A DNA stretch of 64,000 nt, taken from the NCBI GenBank assembly GCA_000146465.1, contig CP001944.1; one strand, written 5' to 3'. Within the stretch, counting starts at the first letter, position 1. Each line of letters starts with the position of its first letter. A program made the translations under genes and the position numbers. Shown here one piece after another: positions 1 through 9,491 of the stretch. The notes below the pieces were generated by a model, which ran no database searches, was not told where the DNA came from, and saw only the letters and a list, made by a program, of their open reading frames with translations.

Positions 1-33
1 AATCCTACCCCATCCCACATCTCCCTAACATCT

Positions 34-576
34 CTACTCCATCAAGTAGAACACCGAACTCCTGGAGGATACACAAACTCCCCCCTCCGACATCTGCTCT
101 TCCGACAGATATTCTTTCTCCGCTGCCAGGGAACTCATAGCACTTCTTACCTCTTCTACTTTTGTAACCCTGAACATCAGGTGATAGATAACATGCTCTC
201 CCTTCCCGTTCTTGAAGATTCCTACTTCTACTATTCCAACCTCCCTCCTTCCTCCTCTCTCAAGTGTTGCAGTTGCCATCTTCTGAATCCTGTTCTCATC
301 TCCACCCAAATCTATGAAAAATCTCGATTCATCTGGACTTCGGAGCAGTTCTACAACTTCTACTATGTCATGTACTTCCTTCTGCTCACGAATCTCTTTT
401 ATGTTTCCTCCCTTCCACTTCTCCTCTTTCCCATTGTCTAGTTCTTTCTTGATCTTGTCTGCATCCTTACTCCATCGTGTAATTCTCTTGTGCAACTTGT
501 AGTTCGGCCTTTCTGATTGCTTTCCCTTACTCTTTCCAGAGTCCGAGGGAATAGAAACTCCTCCGACCGCCCCCAC
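34..576 (-). CDS. Hypothetical protein. Possibly the 3' continuation of the upstream ORF 527..1702, separated from it by a frameshift at a C11 homopolymer.
   Basis: Overlaps the 3' end of ORF 527..1702 by 50 nt in another frame. A C11 run at 647..657 sits just upstream. No recognisable domain. Confidence 0.35.
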   Translation of the reverse strand: MGAVGGVSIPSDSGKSKGKQSERPNYKLHKRITRWSKDADKIKKELDNGKEEKWKGGNIKEIREQKEVHDIVEVVELLRSPDESRFFIDLGGDENRIQKMATATLERGGRREVGIVEVGIFKNGKGEHVIYHLMFRVTKVEEVRSAMSSLAAEKEYLSEEQMSEGGVCVSSRSSVFYLME

Positions 577-1702
577 CAGCTCTTCCTCCTCTTCCTTCTC
601 TCCCTCTTCTTCCTTCTTCTCCTCTGCTGCCAGTCTCTTCTTCCTGCCCCCCCCCCCGACTTTTCTTCTTCTTTCGTCCTCCTGAGTCTTCTGATTCTCC
701 TAGCAGTTCCCTCTCAATCTTAAGTCTTCTTTCTTCCTCAGCCTTCTGTCTCCTCCGAACTGCATCAGAGACCTTCTCAACATATTCTAAATCTATTTCT
801 TCACCATCTTTCCCTATCATTATCTGCTTGATTATCTCTTCAACAACATCTTTACTTCTTTCCTTGCATGTGGTTAATAGTAACCCAACCGAAATAATTC
901 TGTATTCCAAGTATAGATATTCACAAGCTTCTTCTTCACTAATACTGTTCTCTTTCAATACCTTCTTTACCCATCCTTCAACCATGCATCCCATCAACTC
1001 TACTTCTTCTGGGGTCTCGTACAACTTGGAACATGCCTCGCATACAATCCTTTCTGCATTAATTATCTTTTTCCACCAAGACCTATTGCAAAGTCTCTCT
1101 CCATATTTCTTAATACCATAGCATACGACTATTTTTTTTCTTTTTTTTTCTTCATCTTCTTCCTCCTCTGCCTCTTCTACCATCTTCTCTACCTCACTAA
1201 TAATGGCTTCTCCAAACTTTGTCATCTCTCTGTTCTCTACCTCCTCGCATTGGAAAACTCTCTTGTATGCCATCATAAGCAACTCACTGAATGTCTTATT
1301 TCTCTTCTCATATATTTTCCATAAATCCAAAGATATTTTCTGAAGGTATGGAACTATCTTCTCAGAAAACATCCTCTTAAATCGATCATCATCGGTATAT
1401 AACAGATCTTTAGCTGCAAACATCCATACTCCCATTGCCAGATTCCCACTCTCAATAAATTCTCTAACATCTATCATAGCTTGAAGATCCCTCCTCAGGT
1501 CACTGAATTTTGTTGTTGGCTGTACAATGAGCATCCCGGTTCCTCGGAACAACAATGGAAAAGGCATTGATTCACTTTCTGTCCCTTTCAGTTTAACAAC
1601 AGAGGTTATCATGCTTCCAGCCACAGAGGACTCTACCATTGAGCAAGCGATTATGTCGAAAAATTTAAATACCAATATCTTTTTCCATACCATGTCTATC
1701 AC
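527..1702 (-). CDS. Hypothetical helical protein with an acidic stretch (EEAEEEEDEEKKRKK) and a Gly/Arg-rich (RGG-like) C-terminal tail. Possibly a nucleolar or RNA-binding MIF4G/MA3-like protein.
   Basis: 391-aa ORF. The tail GRRGREGRGGRAGGGGRR is encoded across the poly-C(G) run. No confident family assignment from sequence alone. Confidence 0.5.
   Translation of the reverse strand: MIDMVWKKILVFKFFDIIACSMVESSVAGSMITSVVKLKGTESESMPFPLLFRGTGMLIVQPTTKFSDLRRDLQAMIDVREFIESGNLAMGVWMFAAKDLLYTDDDRFKRMFSEKIVPYLQKISLDLWKIYEKRNKTFSELLMMAYKRVFQCEEVENREMTKFGEAIISEVEKMVEEAEEEEDEEKKRKKIVVCYGIKKYGERLCNRSWWKKIINAERIVCEACSKLYETPEEVELMGCMVEGWVKKVLKENSISEEEACEYLYLEYRIISVGLLLTTCKERSKDVVEEIIKQIMIGKDGEEIDLEYVEKVSDAVRRRQKAEEERRLKIERELLGESEDSGGRKKKKSRGGGQEEETGSRGEEGRRGREGRGGRAGGGGRRSFYSLGLWKE
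647..657. repeat. C11 homopolymer (G11 on the coding strand) at the junction of two overlapping minus-strand ORFs
   Basis: Direct read: cctgCCCCCCCCCCCgac. A likely frameshift, slippage or sequencing-error site. Confidence 0.9.
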
Positions 1703-2417
1703 TCCACTTCTCGAAAAGTATTTTACTTTCTCCTTTTCTATTTTACTCTAAAATTCTCTCCATGATCCAATCATATTTCGCCCCATTAACAATTCTTTTT
1801 AACGCCCTACTCCAGAAATTAGACCTATTTTTTGTCTCTCCTTCCGATCTTCTTCTTTTATTTGCTATTTGATAATTAGCCAATCAACACAGAAGACCTT
1901 AGGCTTCCCAGAAAGGAGATTATGTGTCTTCATTTCACCCCTTTCCATTTCAGGGCCCGCCCTGAGATCATCTTCTGTTCCTATTTCAACAGCTCTATAT
2001 TGTCTATCTTTAATGGAAACCCTTTGGCTTTATATATCTGTTTTCTCAAACTTCTTTTTATTTCTAAGAACGCCCACATGTGTCCAAGCTAGATATTGTA
2101 AATCCATGAATTTATTCCACCAAATAGTAATCTCTATCCAGCTAATCTTCATGTTTTTTACCAAGACAAATGATTCCTGTCCTATTGAACCTTTTTTGCC
2201 TTTTGCTCTATTAATCACACATTATAACTCTTTTTGAAGACTATTAGTTTTCTCCTTAGTTGTTTTTGGTGGATATGGCCTAATTGCGATATTTTTACAC
2301 TTTACAGCTGGCCATCAATTCTATGCAACATTCTGATGGGATCAAATCTTCTAACTCTGAGGAATAAACTCTTTTTCTACCATTGAAGGGAAGAAAAGAA
2401 AGATTTCAATATTTTAT

Positions 2418-3566
2418 TCAGGAAGTATTATTCACAAGCTCTGACTTGTTTATCTGAAGTATTTCGTATTCTTCATGGTTTATGATCCCACAAACACGTA
2501 ACTGGTGCAGCCGTGAGTTCCCATATCTGGAATAGTCGAAGTTCTTGGAACAACCTGTACGGCTATTGCCTAATGCCCAAAGATACCATAGAAAGTGGCT
2601 GTACGCCATTGCTCCCTCCACCAGTTCCAACATTTTTTCCAAATGCTCGTTACTGTCCATATATTCTCCTATAAATTCCAGTCTTTCTTGGGTATTTGGA
2701 AAGTTCTCTTCCTGAAATACATAGTTTTCGTAGTCATAAGCTGCCTCGCAAAACAGGTTGGCTATGTCGATTACAGGAGAACCCATTGCTACAAATTCGA
2801 AGTCGATAAAAACTACACCTGTTTTTACCATCAGTATATTTCCTGGTTGGAGGTCATTATGGCATGTGACTGATTCAAAGTCTCCAGTGGATACTCTGAA
2901 TACTCTATTCTGCACTTCAATTAGAAGTCTTACTATATGGTCCTTATCTTTTTTATAGGACTTTTGATTTAAAGATTTTATCTTCTCTATTACATCTCTA
3001 GGGTTTGCATTATTTTCTTCGCCAGGTAGTATTTCTTTGATGCACTTATACATCATATTGTTTACCAGTTCCTTGTAACTCCGTATTCCGCTAGCTTTTA
3101 TATTGTGAAATCTTCGGAGTTCTGTTGCAATCTCTTTTAAATCCCTCTTGATGATTGAATGTTCCGAATCTAAATATCTTTCTATCCGAAACTTGTTAGT
3201 TGACACTATCACCCTTTCGCTTGCTACCATGTTATTAATCATTTCGTCCTGAGCATCGAAGTCTTTTAATTCCTTATAAATGTAACGGTTCTTTCCCACG
3301 CTGAACATGTACACAACATTACTATATGCCATACTAAGACGAGGCATGGGACCGTTTGGAAGAGACCCTATATGCTTTCTTATATTTTCCACAACATGTT
3401 TTGGAATCTCGGAACTACTATGTTCTATAGACGCGGAAAAGCTAGGATTAGGGTTTGATGATGTTACTCCATTCATCCCTCCAATGGCCTTCATCACAAT
3501 CTTACTCTGTGAGCAAAATCCAAACAAAATATATATTCCTGAAAATAATAATAGGATAATATTCAT
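2418..3566 (-). CDS. Choline/ethanolamine kinase
   Basis: Brenner phosphotransferase motif HNDLQPGNILM and choline-kinase motif VFIDFEFVAMG are present. Length 382 aa. The N-terminal hydrophobic extension may be over-called. Confidence 0.85.
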   Translation of the reverse strand: MNIILLLFSGIYILFGFCSQSKIVMKAIGGMNGVTSSNPNPSFSASIEHSSSEIPKHVVENIRKHIGSLPNGPMPRLSMAYSNVVYMFSVGKNRYIYKELKDFDAQDEMINNMVASERVIVSTNKFRIERYLDSEHSIIKRDLKEIATELRRFHNIKASGIRSYKELVNNMMYKCIKEILPGEENNANPRDVIEKIKSLNQKSYKKDKDHIVRLLIEVQNRVFRVSTGDFESVTCHNDLQPGNILMVKTGVVFIDFEFVAMGSPVIDIANLFCEAAYDYENYVFQEENFPNTQERLEFIGEYMDSNEHLEKMLELVEGAMAYSHFLWYLWALGNSRTGCSKNFDYSRYGNSRLHQLRVCGIINHEEYEILQINKSELVNNTS

Positions 3567-4511
3567 TAAAGGCCAATGATAATTAAGTTACAAACTATCC
3601 GACCTTATTGTGGCTATAAATTAATTCTGTCCTTCTCGAAGAGATTAAAGAGAATCAAACGATTTTGGTATAAAGTTCTAGTGCTCAATTTATATTCGGT
3701 CTCTTAGCCTATAAAAGATTCAAATATCTGGGATAGTGGTATACTTTACGGTCTGATTAGGCCATATGGTAAGTGAATTGTGAAGTTAAAGAAGCTGGAA
3801 AACTAAATTCTGGAGAGATGGTATTATCTGCACGATGATGATTTAAATGAAGATGGAGTCAATAATTTGAATTTTGGCATCCCAGGAGAAGAAAAAGTAT
3901 CTCGATTAGGATGTAGTGAAATAATGATTTAATATCAATTTTATACTATTAAAAATTTGTTATATAGTTTATCAAGACCCTACGATCACAATCATTGTTC
4001 CCCGCTTTGAATCTATTGTGAATATCCAAATGTTACATTAGGAAAGATAAGCCACAAAAGCCCGGCATCACTATGCGGGAAAAGAAAGAGTACCACACAT
4101 ATAGGTGCTCTCTTGTCTCTTTTGATCGCCATATTTGATGTTTCAAACGTCTTTCAAAAGCCAATGTTCATGTAAAATTTATTTTTTGATGGTTTGTCTT
4201 TTAGTTTCTTATTTAAGCTAGATATTTTCATACCAAGGCTTTATCAATCACCAAATGTTATTGCATACCTGTACTCTTCAGCATGTATGGATTACTTTCC
4301 TTTTCTTTTTAGAGTCTTACGCAATTTACACAGTTGAATAGCATTCGCTCATGTATCACCAATCATTGCACACCATCTGTTCCAAATATTACCTAATCGT
4401 ATGCTGCAAAGATCTTAAAGAATTGACTCTCCAATGTGTACAATCTGATACGTTAGGTGTTCCTGAGACGTAATCTCCCTTGTTTCACAAGAGGTTTTTG
4501 TCCATAACAAA

Positions 4512-5402
4512 TTGGAAGTTGGAATGAAAAGAGTTATTGAAGAGCTTACTGCAAGTTTGATCTATCTCTTTAGTTCGATAATAACAACGCTTTCCAATAA
4601 GTATATACTATCGAACCTTGGGTTTAAAATGCAATATCTCTTGGTAGCAATTCAGTCTTTTACCATAGTTGCTGGGTTACTTGTTCTGAGAATCACAGGC
4701 CTTGTTAAATTTCCACTAACCAACTTCAGAAAATGGATGGTTCCGTCTCTCTTGCTTTCTGTGATGATATTTTCGGGATCAAAGTCTCTGTACTATCTTC
4801 CGATATCCCTATACACTTTATTCAAGAACAGTAGCATAGTGGTGGTTGCCCTTCTTGAGCAGCGCCTATTCAAGAAGAAAATAAGCGCTTTGTCTTATAT
4901 GTCGTTTGTGTTAATGATCATTAGTTCCTATACGGGAAATTCTTCAGATGTTGTTCTTAACATTGGTTATTACTGGATACTGATCAACATCCTGTCTACA
5001 ACGGCCTATGTATTGTCGCTAAAGGTTGCTGTCGACATGAACAGTAAGGGAAAAGCAGAATCCGTATACTATTCGAATCTTATTTCATTGCCAATTCTTG
5101 TCCTTTTGTCTGCACTCTTTGATGAAAGAAGCATGGGAATTTTTGGGTTTCAAGAGCTTGTGTGGATCCTGATTTCGTCATTCTGTGCCTTTCTTACATC
5201 TTTCAGTACTGCTTGGACTCTTAATGTCCTTTCCTCCACTGCTCTAAGCATGATTGGTGCCTTGAACAAGAGCCTAGGGTCTTTTGCAGGGATACTTGCA
5301 TTAGGAGAAAGTATTAACCATCAGAAAATCTTTTCTCTTCTTTTAGGATCGCTGGCATCTGCTATATACTCGTATGACATCTCATTTAGAAAGAGAGATT
5401 AA
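4512..5402 (+). CDS. Nucleotide-sugar transporter of the TPT/DMT family (SLC35-like, GDP-mannose/UDP-sugar transporter type)
   Basis: 296-aa multi-pass membrane protein. Has an N-terminal NKYIL motif typical of VRG4-like transporters and about 8-10 predicted TM helices. Confidence 0.6.
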   Translation: MEVGMKRVIEELTASLIYLFSSIITTLSNKYILSNLGFKMQYLLVAIQSFTIVAGLLVLRITGLVKFPLTNFRKWMVPSLLLSVMIFSGSKSLYYLPISLYTLFKNSSIVVVALLEQRLFKKKISALSYMSFVLMIISSYTGNSSDVVLNIGYYWILINILSTTAYVLSLKVAVDMNSKGKAESVYYSNLISLPILVLLSALFDERSMGIFGFQELVWILISSFCAFLTSFSTAWTLNVLSSTALSMIGALNKSLGSFAGILALGESINHQKIFSLLLGSLASAIYSYDISFRKRD

Positions 5403-5477
5403 TTCAAATATAAACGTTTGTAATTCCCAATGGTCTCGTTTGTTTGGTATTTTAAATCTGTCCTTTAGGTTCCCCAA

Positions 5478-6335
5478 ATGAATAGATATGAAACAGCCGA
5501 CCATGACTATATGCATGCCAAGGACTACTTCAACAACTATAAATTTGGGTACATTGAAAGAACGACAAAGACTCTTCTTCTTCAAAGTCTTAGGCCGGAA
5601 GATAGACAAGATGAAGATCTGCTTAGCATAATGAATCAAAGCAAATCCCAGTTGAAAGATGTTAAGTCTATTGGTAAAGAAGCTTCCAAATCCATTTCTG
5701 AGCTGTCAGAGCTTATCTACGAGACCAAAAATAAACTCTTGAAGTATGAGGAGATGCTTGGCCATGAAATGGAAAGAGAGAGAGATCTTGCCGAGGAATA
5801 CTCTAGACTTGAAAGCCTTGACGAAAACTTAAAAACATATGATGAACTCAAGGCATTGTTTGATAAAGGATGCGAAGAAGTTGAAGAAAATTCTAAAAAA
5901 ATAAGTGCTCTCAAGGAAGAAATTGCAATATCAAGTACTAGCGAGGCGGAAGAGGAACTGAAAAAGATGAAGGACCGAAGAGATAAACTCTGTGGAAAGC
6001 AGAAAAGACTTTCTCTAATAACTATGGAAAGCTATCTGGAAGATTCATACAATTGGTACAAGAAATCACTTGAGCTGATCAAAAATGTCTTTGGTATAAG
6101 TCTTGTTACCATTGAGCAAGAGGGCAACGAGATGTACATGAGACTCAAGGTTTTTGCATGTGAGATAGGGATATTTGTAAGAGATGGTCGAATGATTGAT
6201 TTCAAGTTATACAACAACAATGATGAGACCCTTGCATCGTTTTTTGAGGAAGCAGGTAGGCTTGCCGTATCTGTTAACGACCCCCGTATATTGCTTTTGT
6301 TGGTTGCAAATAGGTGTAAAGTAACGGAGGTTTGA
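5478..6335 (+). CDS. Hypothetical coiled-coil protein with a small C-terminal globular domain. A Spc24/Spc25-like kinetochore-type architecture is possible.
   Basis: Long heptad-rich central segment (residues ~60-180) followed by a ~90-aa globular tail. No diagnostic motif. Confidence 0.5.
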   Translation: MNRYETADHDYMHAKDYFNNYKFGYIERTTKTLLLQSLRPEDRQDEDLLSIMNQSKSQLKDVKSIGKEASKSISELSELIYETKNKLLKYEEMLGHEMERERDLAEEYSRLESLDENLKTYDELKALFDKGCEEVEENSKKISALKEEIAISSTSEAEEELKKMKDRRDKLCGKQKRLSLITMESYLEDSYNWYKKSLELIKNVFGISLVTIEQEGNEMYMRLKVFACEIGIFVRDGRMIDFKLYNNNDETLASFFEEAGRLAVSVNDPRILLLLVANRCKVTEV

Positions 6336-6393
6336 ATCATCTTCTCTTATTCTTGAGTTGACGCTTAATACGATCCTTTTGAGTAAACAAACA

Positions 6394-7797
6394 ATGATTA
6401 TCGGCTGTATGGCAGGCCTGGTGGCGGCTGCACAAGCATGCCTTAAGGATAGCGATTGCTTAACCAGATCAAGACCGGATGTCCATTCAATGTTCTGTGT
6501 TGATAACATCTGCCAGAAGGTTCTACCTCCGGGAAAGCATTGTACCAGGCCTACAGAGTGCTCCTCGTATTCATTTTTTGGGCCTTTGGCTTGCACAGGG
6601 AAATGTAAGGTTGAGAATGAGTGCGAGTATGGAAAGGATGATAATTTCGATTCTATGTACTGTTGTAGAAGCATTCCTCAAGGAAAAGAATGCAATCCGA
6701 ACCGGCCTGGATCTCTTAGTGGATGCGACATAACTCAATCATGCTTAATGGGGAAAAAGGGTTTCTATGAATGTGTTCCTGACAAATCAAACTCCTGGTT
6801 ACTTGGCGTATTTCTATCTATAAGTGGAAATATCGGGATAAATATTGGAATAAACCTTCAGAAGAAATCATATAAACAATCACATATAAGACTATTCAAT
6901 ATGAACCTACAAACATTTTATGCAGGATGCTTTACGTACGGCCTGGGAAAGATTCTTGGATATTGCTCGTATCTCTTTGGAAATCAATCACTAATGGCTG
7001 TGCTGAGTGCAACAGGTCTTGTCTCAAACAGCATACTTGCTCCAATGATCAACGAGGAGATCTTCACCTGGAAAGATTTCTCTGCAATATTCTTTGTGTT
7101 TGCAGGGACAACACTTATAGTCATGAATACAGCTACTAGCCACAAGGTTTATACCCTTTGCGAGCTTTTGAAGATGTATACTCGCGTGGAAACATTGGTA
7201 TGGCTTGGATTTATCATTCTTGTAATAATAGTTCTCTTTATATTCGTTAAGTACGTAGAAGTTAACAGCAATTGGGAACTTCCTGACGAGAATATGATAT
7301 TTCTAAGGAGAGAGGGTGTTTGGTTTGACGAGGAGGGGACAGTTATTAAGTATACAATGGTTCTGGCCTATGTATGCTTGTCCTCGTTCATAGCATCTTT
7401 TACAACCCTATCTATAAAAAGCCTCGGTGAGATGATTGACAAGACAGTTGCTGGGGACAACCAATTTATATTCCTCACAACATATTGTTTCATCATAATT
7501 CTTGCAACATGCACATTCTTTCAAATATACTGGCTCAACAGGGCTCTAAGGCATTATGATGCTCTGCTAGTAATTCCTATGTTTCACGTCACATGGACTC
7601 TTTTAAGTATATTTACTGCTGGGATCTACTTCCGGGAATTTGAACAATACACCCGCTATCAACTTAGTGTATTTGTCTGTGGGGTGATACTTATCTTCTT
7701 CGGATCCTTTTTCCTGGGAAGTAGAATAACAAACAAGACCTATATCAAAACCAAAGACATTGGAATGGAATCGGAAAAGATATTAAAGAACCAATAA
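6394..7797 (+). CDS. NIPA-like magnesium transporter (DUF803 family) with an N-terminal signal peptide plus cysteine-rich extracellular domain
   Basis: SWLLGVFLSISGNIGINIGINLQKKS and downstream TM segments align with the NIPA1/2 core (LIGLVLAVVSSVFIGSSFILKKKG...). Before the first TM there are about 16 Cys in ~130 aa. The start was trimmed to MIIGCMAGLVAAAQAC (signal-peptide-like); the listed ORF begins at 6358. Confidence 0.65.
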   Translation: MIIGCMAGLVAAAQACLKDSDCLTRSRPDVHSMFCVDNICQKVLPPGKHCTRPTECSSYSFFGPLACTGKCKVENECEYGKDDNFDSMYCCRSIPQGKECNPNRPGSLSGCDITQSCLMGKKGFYECVPDKSNSWLLGVFLSISGNIGINIGINLQKKSYKQSHIRLFNMNLQTFYAGCFTYGLGKILGYCSYLFGNQSLMAVLSATGLVSNSILAPMINEEIFTWKDFSAIFFVFAGTTLIVMNTATSHKVYTLCELLKMYTRVETLVWLGFIILVIIVLFIFVKYVEVNSNWELPDENMIFLRREGVWFDEEGTVIKYTMVLAYVCLSSFIASFTTLSIKSLGEMIDKTVAGDNQFIFLTTYCFIIILATCTFFQIYWLNRALRHYDALLVIPMFHVTWTLLSIFTAGIYFREFEQYTRYQLSVFVCGVILIFFGSFFLGSRITNKTYIKTKDIGMESEKILKNQ

Positions 7798-7890
7798 AAC
7801 CCGGAATTGCTTTCATGAGTCCCCGTCTGAAACTCTCGTTTCGAGTATTTATGGTTCGTTGATGAAAACAGGAGTTCTTAGGCACGTGGA

Positions 7891-8358
7891 ATGAGGGATG
7901 AAAACATATATGTTGTTGATAAAATCGTTGGATGTAGAAAGAAAGGGGGAAAAAAGCAATATCTTGTGAAATGGGAAGGATACTCCGACTCGGAAAACAC
8001 TTGGGAAGATGAAAAGAACATTTTTTGTAAAGACCTGATAAAGAAATACGAAGAATCCCAAGAAAAGTTGAAAAGACCTAGCCGAAAGGTAGCCAACAGA
8101 AAAACTTCTCCGAAGAAACTTAACAAAAGCACTTCTGAAAAGACTAAAGTTATCATTAACGACTGGGATGAATTGGTTAATAAAGTTATTTCGGTGGAGA
8201 AAAAGGGAGCATCCCTTATGGTCTGGTTGCAGTTCAAAGATGGAAAAAAGGGTAGTTTTCCAGCATCACAAATACATATAAAATGCCCATTACATCTACT
8301 TGAATACTATGAAAATAATCTAGTTTTCTGTGAAGATGGGGGAGATAATACCAAGTAA
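7891..8358 (+). CDS. HP1-like heterochromatin protein (chromodomain plus chromoshadow domain)
   Basis: N-terminal YVVDKIVGCRKKGGKKQYLVKWEGYSDSENTWEDEKNI matches the chromodomain consensus, including the aromatic cage W/Y. C-terminal WDELVNKVISVEKKG...WLQFKDGKKGSFPASQIHIKCPLHLLEYYE is chromoshadow-like. Confidence 0.75.
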   Translation: MRDENIYVVDKIVGCRKKGGKKQYLVKWEGYSDSENTWEDEKNIFCKDLIKKYEESQEKLKRPSRKVANRKTSPKKLNKSTSEKTKVIINDWDELVNKVISVEKKGASLMVWLQFKDGKKGSFPASQIHIKCPLHLLEYYENNLVFCEDGGDNTK

Positions 8359-8489
8359 AGTTCTTTATTTTATATGTATATTTAGAGATACCAGTTTTCA
8401 AGAGAGTCAGTAAAGCCTAGATTTCTTTCGTATTAGTGTTGACTCGATTGAAGTAAGACTGAGGGATATTCTTTTCTGTATTTAAAGCT

Positions 8490-9491
8490 TCAGACAATGG
8501 AATAGGTCAACAATATAGTGCACCTGGTTCCAAAGGAGTTGCTAATGGAATAAACATCACCCTTCTCGATAATGCAAATACTCCCTCTTTTCAGAATCAC
8601 TTTGTCATGTCCCATCTCTATGCATACAGTTCCTTTTATCATAAATATCGAAAAGTTGCAAACCGCCTTTTCAGGTTTTATAAAGGCCAGATTGTTTAGA
8701 AACAAAATAGCTGTTTCAAGCATTGTCGATGCTACAAGAGGCTCAAAAGCGCTTCTTCCTCTGTACAGCGCGGATATGTTTGTTACCGCCACCTTTTTTC
8801 CCTCGGAGTTGTAGATAGTTTCTCCTTTGTACTCATATATTTCCTTGGGCTCAATTATGCTTTTTCTCGCTGTAGATTTCTCTACTCCCTTCCCAAGGCT
8901 TTGAAGTCTTTTTCTGTATCTGTCCTTCATCTCCTTTGCAGGACTTATCCCTTGGTCCTTCCCCATTTCATTCGGCGAGCATCGATCGTCGTCATACTCA
9001 TTCAATTCTTCTCCTCTAGAACTTATTTCTGTGTAGAATTCTCCAGAAAACTCTTTTCCATCCTCAGGGCTCTTTGGCTGCCCTTCAGGCTTATCTTCAA
9101 TCCTTTCAAAAGAGCTCGAAAGCCTCTTATTTTCAAGAATACTGTTTGTTTCCAATGACTCTCTAGAAGAAGAAAGAAAAACGTCTCGATTCTTAGCCGA
9201 TAGGCTTTCTCTTATAGTCTTTATGTCAAAAAGAGTGTCGCTCTGGGCATTTGGCTCTTCATTTTCATCTTCCCCTCCCGTATCACTTTTATACACTGAT
9301 GTCTCGTCTACTTCAATTGTAGTATCATCCTTAAGAACTGATTCCGCTGTTCTCCAATAGTCGTCAATGTTCTCAAGATTATCATCATCCTTGACTACAT
9401 CCAGTTTTGTTCCAGGATCCAAAATTCTTTTCTTGTAAGACTTCATCTTCTTACTTAGTCTACTTGTCGATTCGTAGGTCTTTCGCATCAC
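8490..9491 (-). CDS. Hypothetical acidic/Ser-rich protein with a C-terminal cupin-like beta domain. Possible CENP-C/Mif2-like centromere protein.
   Basis: The C-terminal ~60 aa (FMIKGTVCIEMGHDKVILKRGSICIIEKGDVYSISN) fits a cupin-fold pattern as found in CENP-C. An N-terminal DDYW could be a degenerate CENP-C motif. Weak. Confidence 0.45.
   Translation of the reverse strand: MMRKTYESTSRLSKKMKSYKKRILDPGTKLDVVKDDDNLENIDDYWRTAESVLKDDTTIEVDETSVYKSDTGGEDENEEPNAQSDTLFDIKTIRESLSAKNRDVFLSSSRESLETNSILENKRLSSSFERIEDKPEGQPKSPEDGKEFSGEFYTEISSRGEELNEYDDDRCSPNEMGKDQGISPAKEMKDRYRKRLQSLGKGVEKSTARKSIIEPKEIYEYKGETIYNSEGKKVAVTNISALYRGRSAFEPLVASTMLETAILFLNNLAFIKPEKAVCNFSIFMIKGTVCIEMGHDKVILKRGSICIIEKGDVYSISNSFGTRCTILLTYSIV

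Noticed and set aside
1869-2237. 122-aa ORF in the 715-bp gap
   Set aside because: Low-complexity Ser/Leu/Phe-rich translation with no motifs and no upstream C-rich start context. Treated as non-coding spacer; a decayed pseudogene cannot be excluded.
3700-3860. Possible 5S rRNA in the long spacer (GGCCATA... and GAAGCT... fragments)
   Set aside because: The spacing and order of the fragments do not fit the ~120-nt 5S consensus, and helix I cannot be formed.
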